DNA of 63,043 nt, counting the filler, from Reticulomyxa filosa (Eukaryota > Protista > Foraminifera), in assembly GCA_000512085.1 (NCBI GenBank). It is 13 parts of 13 records of this genome, joined end to end, with 100 filler letters (N's around TTAATTAATTAA, not from the genome) between each part and the next. Parts side by side here need not be neighbours in the genome. Positions count along the whole stretch, not along the records: positions 21,418 to 29,069 come from ASPP01021231.1; positions 29,170 to 34,598 come from ASPP01005895.1; positions 34,699 to 36,072 come from ASPP01021835.1; positions 36,173 to 38,912 come from ASPP01000887.1; 9 more parts are not named here. One strand, given 5' to 3'. Both the position numbers and the translations under genes were made by a program. Shown here piece by piece: positions 27,998 through 39,012 of this stretch. The notes below the pieces were generated by a model that made no database searches, was not told the origin of the DNA, and saw nothing but the letters and a program-made list of their open reading frames with translations. How positions within the stretch are numbered: position 1 is the stretch's first letter; every line of letters starts with the position of its first letter.

Positions 27998-28957
27998 TTA
28001 ATACATGGACGGAGGCAATTTACCGCCCATGCAATAAGAGAAGGACTCGGGAAGTTTCCACTCAGTGCTTTTTGGACCACTCCACGCTATACAGTGTCAA
28101 ACGCGAGCAAATCTTACATGACAAATTTTTTTTTGAAAAATATTATCAGAGCCATTTCAAGGTGTAATATTGCAATAAACAAAACAAACATAATGTGTGA
28201 CACTTAACAGGAGTTGGAATACTTTTCCAGCAAAGCGACTAAATTGAGTAACATTGAAAAAGCTTCGGGAGAGTTATCTCCATCGCAGCTGTACTGAGAA
28301 ATGACTGTAATCGATTGGTCATTTTCCTTGCATGCATTGAACAGCTTTTTGGTAATACCCCCTCCAACAGGGGCAATCTTGCATAAATCGGGTGAGTTTT
28401 CACCGTCGTTATATTTGTTCTCCTGCTTGAGTCAATGTACACATACAAAAAAAAAAAAAAAAAAAAAGGCATGTTTACAATATGCACATACACGTTTTTT
28501 TAATCTGCAAAAAGTAAAGTGCAGCGTCGGAGAAGATAATAATAATGACAAACCTCACTTGCGTGCTTTCGGTCATCATCTCTGTCTTCTAACAGCGGAT
28601 ACATGGAAGTCGGACGATTTCCTTTTTTGGTGTCGACAAGCAGGGACTTGTGCCATTGAAATTGTGTTTGAATGACCTCTTCCAATGTTTGTGTAGTGGA
28701 AGTGTGTGTTTGATGAGCGGTTGGAAGCACATCTTTTTCCTTTGCGGAGGTATGACAGTAATACACTTGAGTGAGTCCTTTGGCGATTTGTTGAGGAGCA
28801 CGTCGAGTGGCAAAGTCACTCGTTAGCACAATGGTATTTCTAAACTCTTGTTGTTTGATCCAATCCATTAAATGTTTCACATACTCCCCTTGTCCACCCA
28901 AACGAATTTGGCTTCGTTGTTGAATTAGCACACAGTGGTGGTCTTTGCACCAGTACA
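27998..28957 (-). CDS. PSMG2: Proteasome assembly chaperone 2 (5' end lost in gap)
   Basis: LIQQRS...LMDWIKQQEFRNTIVLTS..ATRR, GGGITKKLF, YSCDGDNSPEA and C-terminal WKLPESF...GKLPPSMY*. Confidence 0.8.
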
Positions 28958-29069
28958 CTATTTGTGTTTTATTCATTTGTATTCGAGTGCACACGAATGA
29001 CGACAAGAGATGGAAATTGAAAAAAAAAAAAGCAAATATACATATACATATACATATATATATATATAT

Positions 29070-29169
29070 NNNNNNNNNNNNNNNNNNNNNNNNNNNNNNN
29101 NNNNNNNNNNNNNTTAATTAATTAANNNNNNNNNNNNNNNNNNNNNNNNNNNNNNNNNNNNNNNNNNNN
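29070..29169. other. Artificial assembly linker
   Basis: 44 N + TTAATTAATTAA + 44 N. Confidence 0.98.
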
Positions 29170-29442
29170 AAAACGACGAATCAGATCATCGGCTGATGCA
29201 AACGAGTGACGATGAAGAGAACAGTGCATCGGCGTCGAGTGAGGTCAACGAAGCTGCTTCGGATAGCTCTGACAATGAAAAGGCGACAGAAACGACAGAA
29301 ACGACGGAAAATGATGACAACGAAGTGCCTTTTGGATTGACCCAACCACCCGTATTTATTCACAAAGAGCAGAGCAATAGTCCCACGGTCTGGCAAGACC
29401 CAAGTTCAATTGCCTTCATTAACGCACATCCGCCTCAATGGA

Positions 29443-29500
<58 letters not shown>

Positions 29501-31200
29501 TAATAACTACTATGGCAGAAACTGCACGTATAGTCCCTCTGTCAATAGCGATGGCAGAGACATGCCATCCGAGAACTCGCGCAGATTCTCGATCTCAGAG
29601 ACAAAGAGCAGTACCATCTGTGGTGACAATGACGACAGCAAACACGAAGAGGTGCTATCCGCGAAAAAAGGAAAGAGTGGCGATCAACAAACCTTACATC
29701 CGAACGAAATGCTCACCAGTGCCTGGTTGCAACATAAGACCTCAGCTTCCAACACTTGTCCGTCGCCAAGTCCGGCTGTGGACGTGGATTCAATATTCGC
29801 AATGGAGGAGTTTGCCATCATGCCTGATGAAAAGTTGGGGCGTGGTGCCAGTGGGATTGTCGTCAAGGCCTTCCATTTTTTGACGTGCAAAGTGGTGGCT
29901 ATCAAAGTAATTCAAAAAAAAAAAAATATATATATATATATATGTATATGTACATACACATGTATATGTGTATTTAATTAAGATAATGACAGCAATGCCT
30001 TTCTTTATTGTACTCTTTTTTTTTTTTTGAATGGTAATATTCTTTATTCAACAAAAAAATAAATAAATAAAAAAGACGGCGCGTTCAGCGCACAAAAGCA
30101 TTCAGCACCAAACAAGCCAAGAAATTAATGTGTTAGAAAGTATGAAGGCATCGAAATACATAGTGAATATGATACGATTTGGCAAAGACCGTGAAAACAA
30201 CGCAATGAAAATTGCTTTGGAATATATGGATGGGGGATCGTTAAAGGATTACATCTATCATCATCTCAACCGTCCGTGTCCTGATGCTATTGTCAGATAT
30301 GTGAGTCATTGTGTATTGCAAGCCCTGATAGAGTTGCATCAGCACAAGTTTGTACACAATGACATTAAACCTGGCAATATCCTGTTCAATTTGAGAGGAG
30401 ATGTGAAACTCACCGACTTTGGTACAGCAATTCAAATGGAAAGCACGGATGCCATGTTAACTATAAATTGTGGTACTGCAAAATATTTGGCTCCAGAAAA
30501 AGCCATAACAATCATGTGCGTTATTCCACGAAAGCAGATATATGGTCTTTTGGCTTGACCATTTACGAGCTATGTACCGGTACATTCATTCATGCGGATA
30601 CCCCACCCAGCAGCTTGTGCTCCAATCCTCCACAACTTAATCCACAACTTTTTTCAAAAGAGTGTTGTGATTTTGTCAAGATTTGTCTCATTCAGGTATA
30701 AGTCATTCATAAATAAATAAATAAATATACACATATATACATATTTAGGTGTGTTTAATGTAACAGTACAAACACAACAAATACGAAATGATCTTACAAC
30801 ACTTAAAAAACAAAAATAGGACCCAGACAAAAGGCCAACAGCAGAGCAACTATTACAACATCCTTTTTTGCGAAATACAAATGACAGCTCCAAAACGTTG
30901 ATGGGAGATATATCACCCAAAATGTCAGATCTAAAATTTATGATCTATGCATTAGTTGAATACTATGCAAAACACATCCCAATCCCAATCAACGCAGATG
31001 TCACGAATAGTGTCGACAAAAAACGCAAATTTCAAAAATTAGCTCTCACTACTTCTCCCTTTTTACCTAAAGATAAAGATGATGACATGCAAAAAATTTT
31101 AAATATGTCCTCCTATTGTTATTGCAGCTGGGAAGATGTACAAGATAGAATTGTTTATGTTGCCACCATTATTTCCAATAAGATGAGTAAACACTATTGA
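29170..31200 (+). CDS. STE/MAP2K-like protein kinase with poly-Asn N-terminal region (5' possibly truncated)
   Basis: LGRGASGIVVKA, VAIK|, ALEYMDGGSL, HNDIKPGNILFNLRGDVKLTDFG, GTAKYLAPE, ADIWSFGL, DPDKRPTAEQLLQHPF. Two GT-AG introns; one frameshift at the A5 run 30497-30501. Confidence 0.85.
29444..29507 (+). repeat. (AAT)n microsatellite encoding poly-Asn
   Basis: About 21 Asn codons in frame in ORF 29196-29981. Confidence 0.9.
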
Positions 31201-31847
31201 TCTGGTTTTTTCTTGTTTTGTTCATTTTTTTTTTATTTTTTTCCTCCTTTTTTCCCCATCCCCTTCAAAAAAATATAATCATCAACAAAAAAAAAACGTT
31301 GAGGTTATAGAATATGTCTTTTTTTTTTTCCCCTTTTTTTTCCTTTCTTTTTTTTTCTGACTCTCTCTTTTTCACTTCCCTCTGTTCAAACTGTTTTGTG
31401 TCACATCGAAAGTAGAGAGCGCAAGATTCAAATATCTTGCACAACAACCATTTTTTAGCAAAACTGCAAAGCAGTTTCTAGTGTGATTTTGTATCTGGGT
31501 GAAGTGTTCGACAATTTGTGACAAATGTTCAAAGAAAACTATTTTTTTTTTGATAATTCGCATCAAAAATTAAATTTTAATTCAATAATAATTGCTACAC
31601 TAGGCGTTCCTTGGTTCATTTAAAAAAATTGAACTCTTCTTTCAGATATATTTCTGTCTAGTTGATATATTCCCAAACATACAATCCTTTATTTGCGATT
31701 TACAGTGAATTCTGAATTATGTGAAATAAAAGTTTTTATCATTTTATTGATCAGCCAAAAACCAAATTTTTACAAATCACACAAAGGGAGTATTTGGATA
31801 TATTGATAGCATATTAACAAAGGAGGCCTAAAAGAGCATCACTTTTA

Positions 31848-32669
31848 TCAGACAGATGCCAGATCTTCTGTAACTAGCATTTTAAGCAATTTTTCCACTA
31901 GTTCTGTGATTGAGAGCTTAATATTCATAACAATGACATCTTTTTCAATAGACAAGTCAGGAGACTCCAAGGTATTGAATTGACTATCTAGCATTTCATG
32001 AGACATGAAGTGATTTTTTCTTTGTTTTAATCGCTCCAAAATAACATCTTTTTTCCTTCTAAAAAAATAAAGTATAATGCTCTTTCTTTTGAATGTAAGC
32101 TCTTTTCACTCTCGTTCGAGTGTCCAGTTTCGTTGTTAAAACTGTTTGCAACTCCACGCAGGATGTCTCTGTAAATCATTTTAAGTGCACTACATCCAAT
32201 CAATAAGATTTGAGTATTATTTTTTTTCAACCCTTCGTCTTTCACATCCGGGACAGATTCTTCTTTTTCTTTAATCCAATGATTTTCTATGCGAGAACGA
32301 ATCGCCTTGCATATATATACAATACACATTTTTTTTTTGCAAAATTGCCAAATGCTTCCATGAAGCGTAACAAAAAAATATTTTTGCTGCGATTAGTTGT
32401 GTGTAAATTAACACACAAACTAAAAGCCATGGAAGTCTATCAGCGTCATTTAATGGGATTTTGTTCGACATTTTCTCAATATTTGCCTTTGGATGAAGTT
32501 CATCTCCATCCACAAAATCCGCGTAACGGTTACCAAATTTCTTGTTTAACATGTTCGCTATGCTTTTGCCGATCGTTGTTTTTCCACAGCCGCTTACGCC
32601 CATCAGTACTAAGACTGCTGGTGCTCTTATCCTTGGGCATAATGTATCAGGGCCAGTACCTTTTGCCAT
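31848..32669 (-). CDS. IDNK: Gluconokinase (GntK/IdnK family)
   Basis: VLMGVSGCGKTT P-loop, DGDELHPKANIEKM..IPLNDADRLPWL, CSALK..YRDIL, RKNHFM...LDSQFNTLESP. One intron; frameshift at the A6 run 32049-32054. Confidence 0.92.
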
Positions 32670-33299
32670 GTGTAACTCTAATTTTTTACTTGAACTACTC
32701 TTGTCACTTGTAATTTTAGTGCTGAAGAGAAAATTAAAATAGTCACTAATCTTATAACAAATTTAAAAGATTGTTCAATTTTTAAAAAGATTAATGCAAT
32801 GAATAAACAAGAAATAGCTTTGTCAAACGGAATTGATATATCGATTAGTTTATCCAAACAGATACGTTGTTGCCATTAGGTCTAACACAGGTGAATTAGT
32901 AACCAACTTTCATATAATAATTAAACTGTAGGTCTTGCCTTCAATGCTCATACATATTAGGTATCACAAACAGCACTTATAACCCCTCAGAGATTTGGTC
33001 GGTCAACACAAACAACCACTTCCTCATTAAAAAATTCACCACATTTTAGATTTTGTGTGCGGTGTTGTGAAGCAACAACAAAAAGAAAAGAAAAAGAAAA
33101 AGGAAAAAAATTGAAAAGTTTATCTTCAACGTGCTATATTAAAAAAAAGAACAAAAAAACAATCAACACCAAACACGTAATAAAACCAACGATGAAAAAT
33201 ACTACAACCATTAAAAAGAAAAAGACAAAATAAGGAGCAAGGGGGACAGGAAGGAATAAATACAGTCCACAATAAAAACAAATCAAATAAACAAAAAGA

Positions 33300-33839
33300 T
33301 TACTGTTCAACGATAAAAGTGCGTGAAGGTGATAAGAAGTCGTTTAAAACTTTGGATGTTCTGGCATTGGGATGGTCTTGTAAAAGACAGTTCAGATATT
33401 TGGTTAATTTTTGTTGTCGTTCTTGAATAACTTTATTATCCGTGGACGTTTTCAAAAAGCCTTTTCCGGGGAACTTGGCTTGTGTATGAATTCCTAATTT
33501 CTTCATCTGTATACCAAGAGATCAAAAAAGCAAAACCAATGCAATAGAAAGAGAAAGAAATAGAGGAAGGAAAAAAAAAAAGGAGGACAGAAAAAAGTGC
33601 GATAGAAACACCAAACAAACGAGGAACTTCGTCATATAATTTGTAAAACTCATTATATCGTTTGCTGAGGATCCATTCATTGTCTCCCTCATTAACCCAT
33701 AACTCATAGAGAGCAAAAGACCGTTTGTTAAAGGGTTGCACGATCCGTGCAGACTGCACTTTCACTGTTGTTTTGGCAGATAGTCTTATTGCAGGTGGTT
33801 CATTCATGTAACCTGAAAAAGGTGGCTTTTTCGTGTATA

Positions 33840-33883
<44 letters not shown>

Positions 33884-34508
33884 CACATACATACATATAC
33901 ATGTATATAAATATATGCATATTACAACATACATAAAAGTATGTATGTATAATATATATATGTATATAGGTGTAATATATGTAAATTGCTCTTGCATACG
34001 TACAAAAAAAAGCTTATAATAAAAAGGAGACTAGTTATTAAACTTCAACTTTTGTATCATCTTTAATGTCTTCTATACCACCAGCACCTCCTCCTCCGAC
34101 GTCATCGTCGTCACTTCCGCCACCTCCCCCTCCGCCATCTTCATCGTCGTCTTTTTTTTCGTGATCATCAGACTTTTCTTCTTCTTCTTTGTTCATGAGG
34201 TCGTCTTGCGGCTTCGCGGTGGTTGCGATTGGCACTTGAACGATGTTGTTCAGTTCTCGAATGCCAATGAACAAGTCATGTGCGTCTTCGTCTTCGACGC
34301 CGAGGTTGGCCAAGTCAATGCGATCCAAGCCTTGCAACATTTTCCCGTCGATTTGGTTTTCCTCAAACAGCTGGTGGTACTTTTCGAATCTCTTGGGTGT
34401 CCCCAACGCCGCGCCATAATTCGATAGCCATTGCAATACATCTTCCACTGTCCACTCTTTCAATGGCACGTTCTTCATATCATTTGTCACACATTGATAT
34501 ATTTTCAT
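33300..34508 (-). CDS. SAM-domain + PX-domain protein (5' probably in gap)
   Basis: SAM: EWTVEDVLQWL...FEENQIDGKML..L...DLANLGV. PX: WILSKRYNEFYKLY|..KFPGK...ERQQKLTKYLN..VLNDFL. Confidence 0.85.
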
Positions 34509-34598
34509 TCATGTAGGTAGTACCAAAAAAAAAAAAAAGGGGTCGTATCATACAAAAAAAAAAAAACAACATTATTTTGACCATGAGTACATTTTGTC

Positions 34599-34698
34599 NN
34601 NNNNNNNNNNNNNNNNNNNNNNNNNNNNNNNNNNNNNNNNNNTTAATTAATTAANNNNNNNNNNNNNNNNNNNNNNNNNNNNNNNNNNNNNNNNNNNN
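34599..34698. other. Artificial assembly linker
   Basis: 44 N + TTAATTAATTAA + 44 N. Confidence 0.98.
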
Positions 34699-35594
34699 CG
34701 AGCAGCATGGATTGCTTGAAAATTGGCCATAGAACCACCACCAGTAAGAATTCCACCAGCATTGTCCAAACCAGACATTCCAATCATCGATAAAAACCAT
34801 CGAATCACAACGTCCTCTATGCCTTGCAAAGATGGTGCATTCATAAAGGCACTAACGAATCTGTTTGAACAGCTGCTGATAAAATCGGCAACACACGATG
34901 CATACATAGCACCTGATGGGATCCATGCCATGTATCCTGGACAATTGTCGTTCAACGAACAATGATAAAGCGATTTGAAATACTTGTCCAACAATTTGTC
35001 AAAATCACCGCATCCTTCCTCAGGAATTGGTTCTTGGAACGCATTATAAACCCCAAGCGCAGTCATCAATTCCGATTCATCGTTCTGATGAATCCATTTG
35101 TAACCAATGCCTTACGGTGCACAAATAGTGCGAAACGTAAAAAAAAAAAAAAAACAAAAAACAACCGGTTGGGGACGTGTGTCCTTCTTATTATAAAAAG
35201 AAAGAGGGGAAAAAAAAAAAGAAAAAAAAAGGAATTAAAAAGAAATACCTTTGGACTTGTCGTTGGTCGGCAAAACCAAACCATTGGTTGGAACTGATAT
35301 ATCTTTGATAACGTAATTTAAGGCGTTGTTCAACATAGACTTCATCTCCATCACATTTGGAATTAATGGGGTCGCATAGGATGAAGGAATTTCTGCTGCA
35401 ATTTCTACCTTTGCTTCTTGTTGCACGAGTGGAAAAATTGAGGGTACAAACGCCTTGTTCTTTAAAGCAAGAAATGCGGGCTGAGGCAGAGCCTGGCTCG
35501 CGCGCGCGTTCACGCTTCGTGTGCTTTTACTTGAGTGTACGGAATGCCGTGCTATTTGAAGTGTTCTCCTTTCGATTCCAGCAAGAGCCAACAT
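34699..35594 (-). CDS. Group II PLP-dependent amino-acid decarboxylase, N-terminal part (3' lost in gap)
   Basis: EPIPEEG, PGYMAWIP, APSLQGIEDVVIRWFLSMIG and GILTGGGSMANFQAIHAAR are typical of the Pyridoxal_deC family. Confidence 0.85.
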
Positions 35595-36072
35595 ATCGGA
35601 AATTTAGTCACAACAACTCGCATTTGCCAATTGCAACAAACAATCGTGACAATTTGGATGATGTATGGACGCTTTTTGGCTTTTTTGAAGAAAGGGGTTC
35701 ATATCTTCGACTACTATGTCAATTTTTTTTTACTTTTTTTTTTGTGCATAAAGTACTGTCAATGAATAACATTGAAAAGAAAGGCACTTATCCAATTGAA
35801 GCATAACACACTAATTACAGTGCAATACAAAAGTATAATATTTTCATTTTTTGAATTTATTTTATTAATTCTAGATAGTGAAGAAGAAGGAAAATAATGT
35901 CTTTCATTTAAGTGGAGTTATAACAACATTTTACGTTATTATATTTCATTCATTCAATATTTTTCTCACTTCTAGATTCTTCAAATATTGTCTTAAGTGT
36001 AATAAGATTGTTAATATTTTATGAGAACTCAACAAAAAAGAATCTTTTAAAATTATTACATCGAGTTATCTA

Positions 36073-36172
36073 NNNNNNNNNNNNNNNNNNNNNNNNNNNN
36101 NNNNNNNNNNNNNNNNTTAATTAATTAANNNNNNNNNNNNNNNNNNNNNNNNNNNNNNNNNNNNNNNNNNNN
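36073..36172. other. Artificial assembly linker
   Basis: 44 N + TTAATTAATTAA + 44 N. Confidence 0.98.
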
Positions 36173-36551
36173 GTGGCATTTTCGGTGTTCAGTTTTTTTT
36201 GCAACCTACCGTAGTTATTTTGGCAATAATCACTTTATTCAAATTTACCTTTATTTTAATTATACATCTGTTAACATTAGAATTCTAAAAAGTGAATGTG
36301 AAACAACCTTGCTTCCTTTCAAATAGGACATAAATTGTCATTAAACAGGTAAAGAAACACACAAAAGTTTTGAAGTCAATTTAAGATTCTAAAAGAAATT
36401 CCAAACACCCCTCCATTCATACAGTCTCACTATTATATGTAACAAAAAAGTTAAACACTGTGTTTTCGTTTGGTGTTTCAATGTGAATATATCTTTATTA
36501 TCTCTTTTATATAGAGTTAAAGGGAGCCAACACTTAAAAAAGAGAATTTGA

Positions 36552-38674
36552 ATGTCCAAAGATACTCAACCCCCTTGGTTGCAAAATATCATTAAACAAG
36601 CAGAAGCGCAAGCACGAAAACAAGTGACTGACCATATCAATAAGCAAATCCAAGATCAAATACAGTTGTTGGGTGGAAGTGCAGACGACACAGTAGACGA
36701 CGTAGTCGGGAACAAGATAGCCGAAAATTATGACGAAAAATGGATGGAATTGTTTAATCTTCAAGGTAGTAAAAATGACATTATTATCCCCCAACGGTCG
36801 ATTTTCTCAAAAAACGAAGATAAGTTTGGTTATGTAAACGGTGTCATTACACTCGAGGGTTATCACACTATCATTACATCAATGAAAACTCGAGCCAATG
36901 TGCTTGTATTACCATCTGGTCATATCATCGCAAAAGGTGGTACTGGTGTCTATTCTCGTTTTAACCTTCGATGGGTTCAGTTTGTCAATCTTATATTCAC
37001 ACATACATGCGTATATGTATATGTATGCATATATTTGTATGTACATATATATAAGTAGATATAATTTTTATACGTATGTATACGTGTATGCACATACAAA
37101 AAGAAAAAAAGGAGCAATAGATTTGGTAACGATTCAGAACATAAACACTCAAAAATATATGAGCATGAGCGAATCAGGAAAAGTGCAATGCTTAGATAGT
37201 GCGTCGCACGAATCAACGCATTTCAAAATGGTAAAGCTAACAAAAAAGAGAAGCAAAGAAAGCCAAAAGACAGAAGAATCGACGTGGTATGCATTTGAAG
37301 GCGTGACAAATAGACAGCGGAGATTGCATGTAAATGACAAAGGATTGGTGCAAAGTGTGCAATCTCTCAACGACGAAAGTGAAACTGAGGTCGGCTGTTG
37401 CTTCACTATTGCCAATGTCAAAGCTCGCTCGTTTCCATTGGCGGAACAAGGCAGCAATATTTTTATGACTCATTTGGCAAAAGGAATCCACGAGGGATGT
37501 CATAAAAGAGAAGACGTACTAAGTCAGAGTCAGAATCAGAGCCAAAGTCGGAGCCACCGTCCAATGAAAGGCCGAAAGATGACGGCGAAAGAAAAGCTGC
37601 ATTTTTATGAAAATGGCTTTGTTGTCATCAAAGATGTAGTCGACAAAACAATACTCAACACTGCCTTGAAATTCGTCAATCGTGGAATTGAAAAGGGTTC
37701 TCATTGTGATGGCTTGGGCTTTTTTGGCATGTGGGATTGTCATGAAACATGCATTTTAGATTTGTTTTTTCACTCGCATGCCTATTCTCTCGTTCAATCT
37801 TTGTTAGGTCAACAGATTTAAATAAAACCAAAAAACATTGCTATTTTTTTGTTAACCCAAGGAGGAAGGAGGGGGGAGCAACTTCAAAAAAAAAAAAAAT
37901 GAAAAAGGTGATGATTGTGATGTGATTATTCCTGGTGCACAAATCGCATTGAGATTCCCAATGGCCGGAGATACACCGACCAACTTGACGGGTGGTGAAT
38001 GGCATATTGACGGAATGAAGCTGTCCAATCAAGTTGGCATTTGCGGATTTTCGGTGTTGTGTGGGTTTGCGTTGTCGTCGTGGCCGGACGCGTTTGTTGG
38101 GAATTTTGCGGTGTGGCCTCGCAAACACTTTGACATGTTTACAATTGTCCAATCGATGGGGGGAACAGAACCTTTCTTGGACAAGGTCAGGCAGTCTCTG
38201 GATGAAACCCCTTGCATTTGGGAAGCTCCACCCAAACAGATCCAAGCTGAGCCAGGTGATATTGAATTTGTTTTCTTTGATGCACGATGATCACAGTGCT
38301 CAAGACATTGCAAAACAAAAAAAAATATCAATAAAGGAGATTTCATTTGTTGCCATCCTTTGCTGCCTCATCGTGCCAGTCCAAATTATTCACCGCATAT
38401 TCGATATGCAGTCTTTATGAGACCTACCCGTGTTGACCACGCGTTACATCGTTTGGCAATGACTGAAAGTGATATGTGGATCGAATTCAAAGGCTTGGCA
38501 GGTATTCAAAAAACACAGATTGTTTCGTCGCAAAACCATGGCAAGAATTCGCTCACTGTGGTCGCGGCAAAGAAAGGAGAAAAGGTCACTAGTGTGCAAG
38601 ATAAGCAATCATGTACACCAACTTCAAATAACAAACAGCAGACTAAAAACTTACCGTGTTCCTATCATGTGTAA
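36552..38674 (+). CDS. Phytanoyl-CoA dioxygenase-like (2OG-Fe(II)) protein with N-terminal putative beta-trefoil domain
   Basis: FYENGFVVIKDVV, QIALRFP, WHIDG (HxD), GNFAVWP, PG|DFICCHPLLPHRASPN..RYAVF (distal His and Arg). Three GT-AG introns. Confidence 0.8.
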
Positions 38675-38912
38675 CTCTTTTATTGTGTTATTATTGCAAT
38701 TACCAAGTTTCACAAATAACTTTGTCAATTCGTTACTTTCTTCAATTTTGTAATATAATTTCATAAATTTCTTATTTGGCACAATTTGAGCAACTATTGA
38801 AAAATTACTAAAAATTTATATTCAATTAATTTGCTCTTTTGGAGAAAAAAAATGGCTGAAGAGGGAAAAAGTCAACTGTAACGTAGTTATATGTATTGCT
38901 ATGTCACTCTTT

Positions 38913-39012
38913 NNNNNNNNNNNNNNNNNNNNNNNNNNNNNNNNNNNNNNNNNNNNTTAATTAATTAANNNNNNNNNNNNNNNNNNNNNNNNNNNNNNNN
39001 NNNNNNNNNNNN
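38913..39012. other. Artificial assembly linker
   Basis: 44 N + TTAATTAATTAA + 44 N. Confidence 0.98.

Noticed and set aside
33800-33997. ORFs with YTYT/YIYI or poly-Ile runs (also 29410-29883, 60511-60939)
   Set aside because: Translations of intronic (TATATG)n/(TA)n microsatellites or alternate and antisense frames of real repeats
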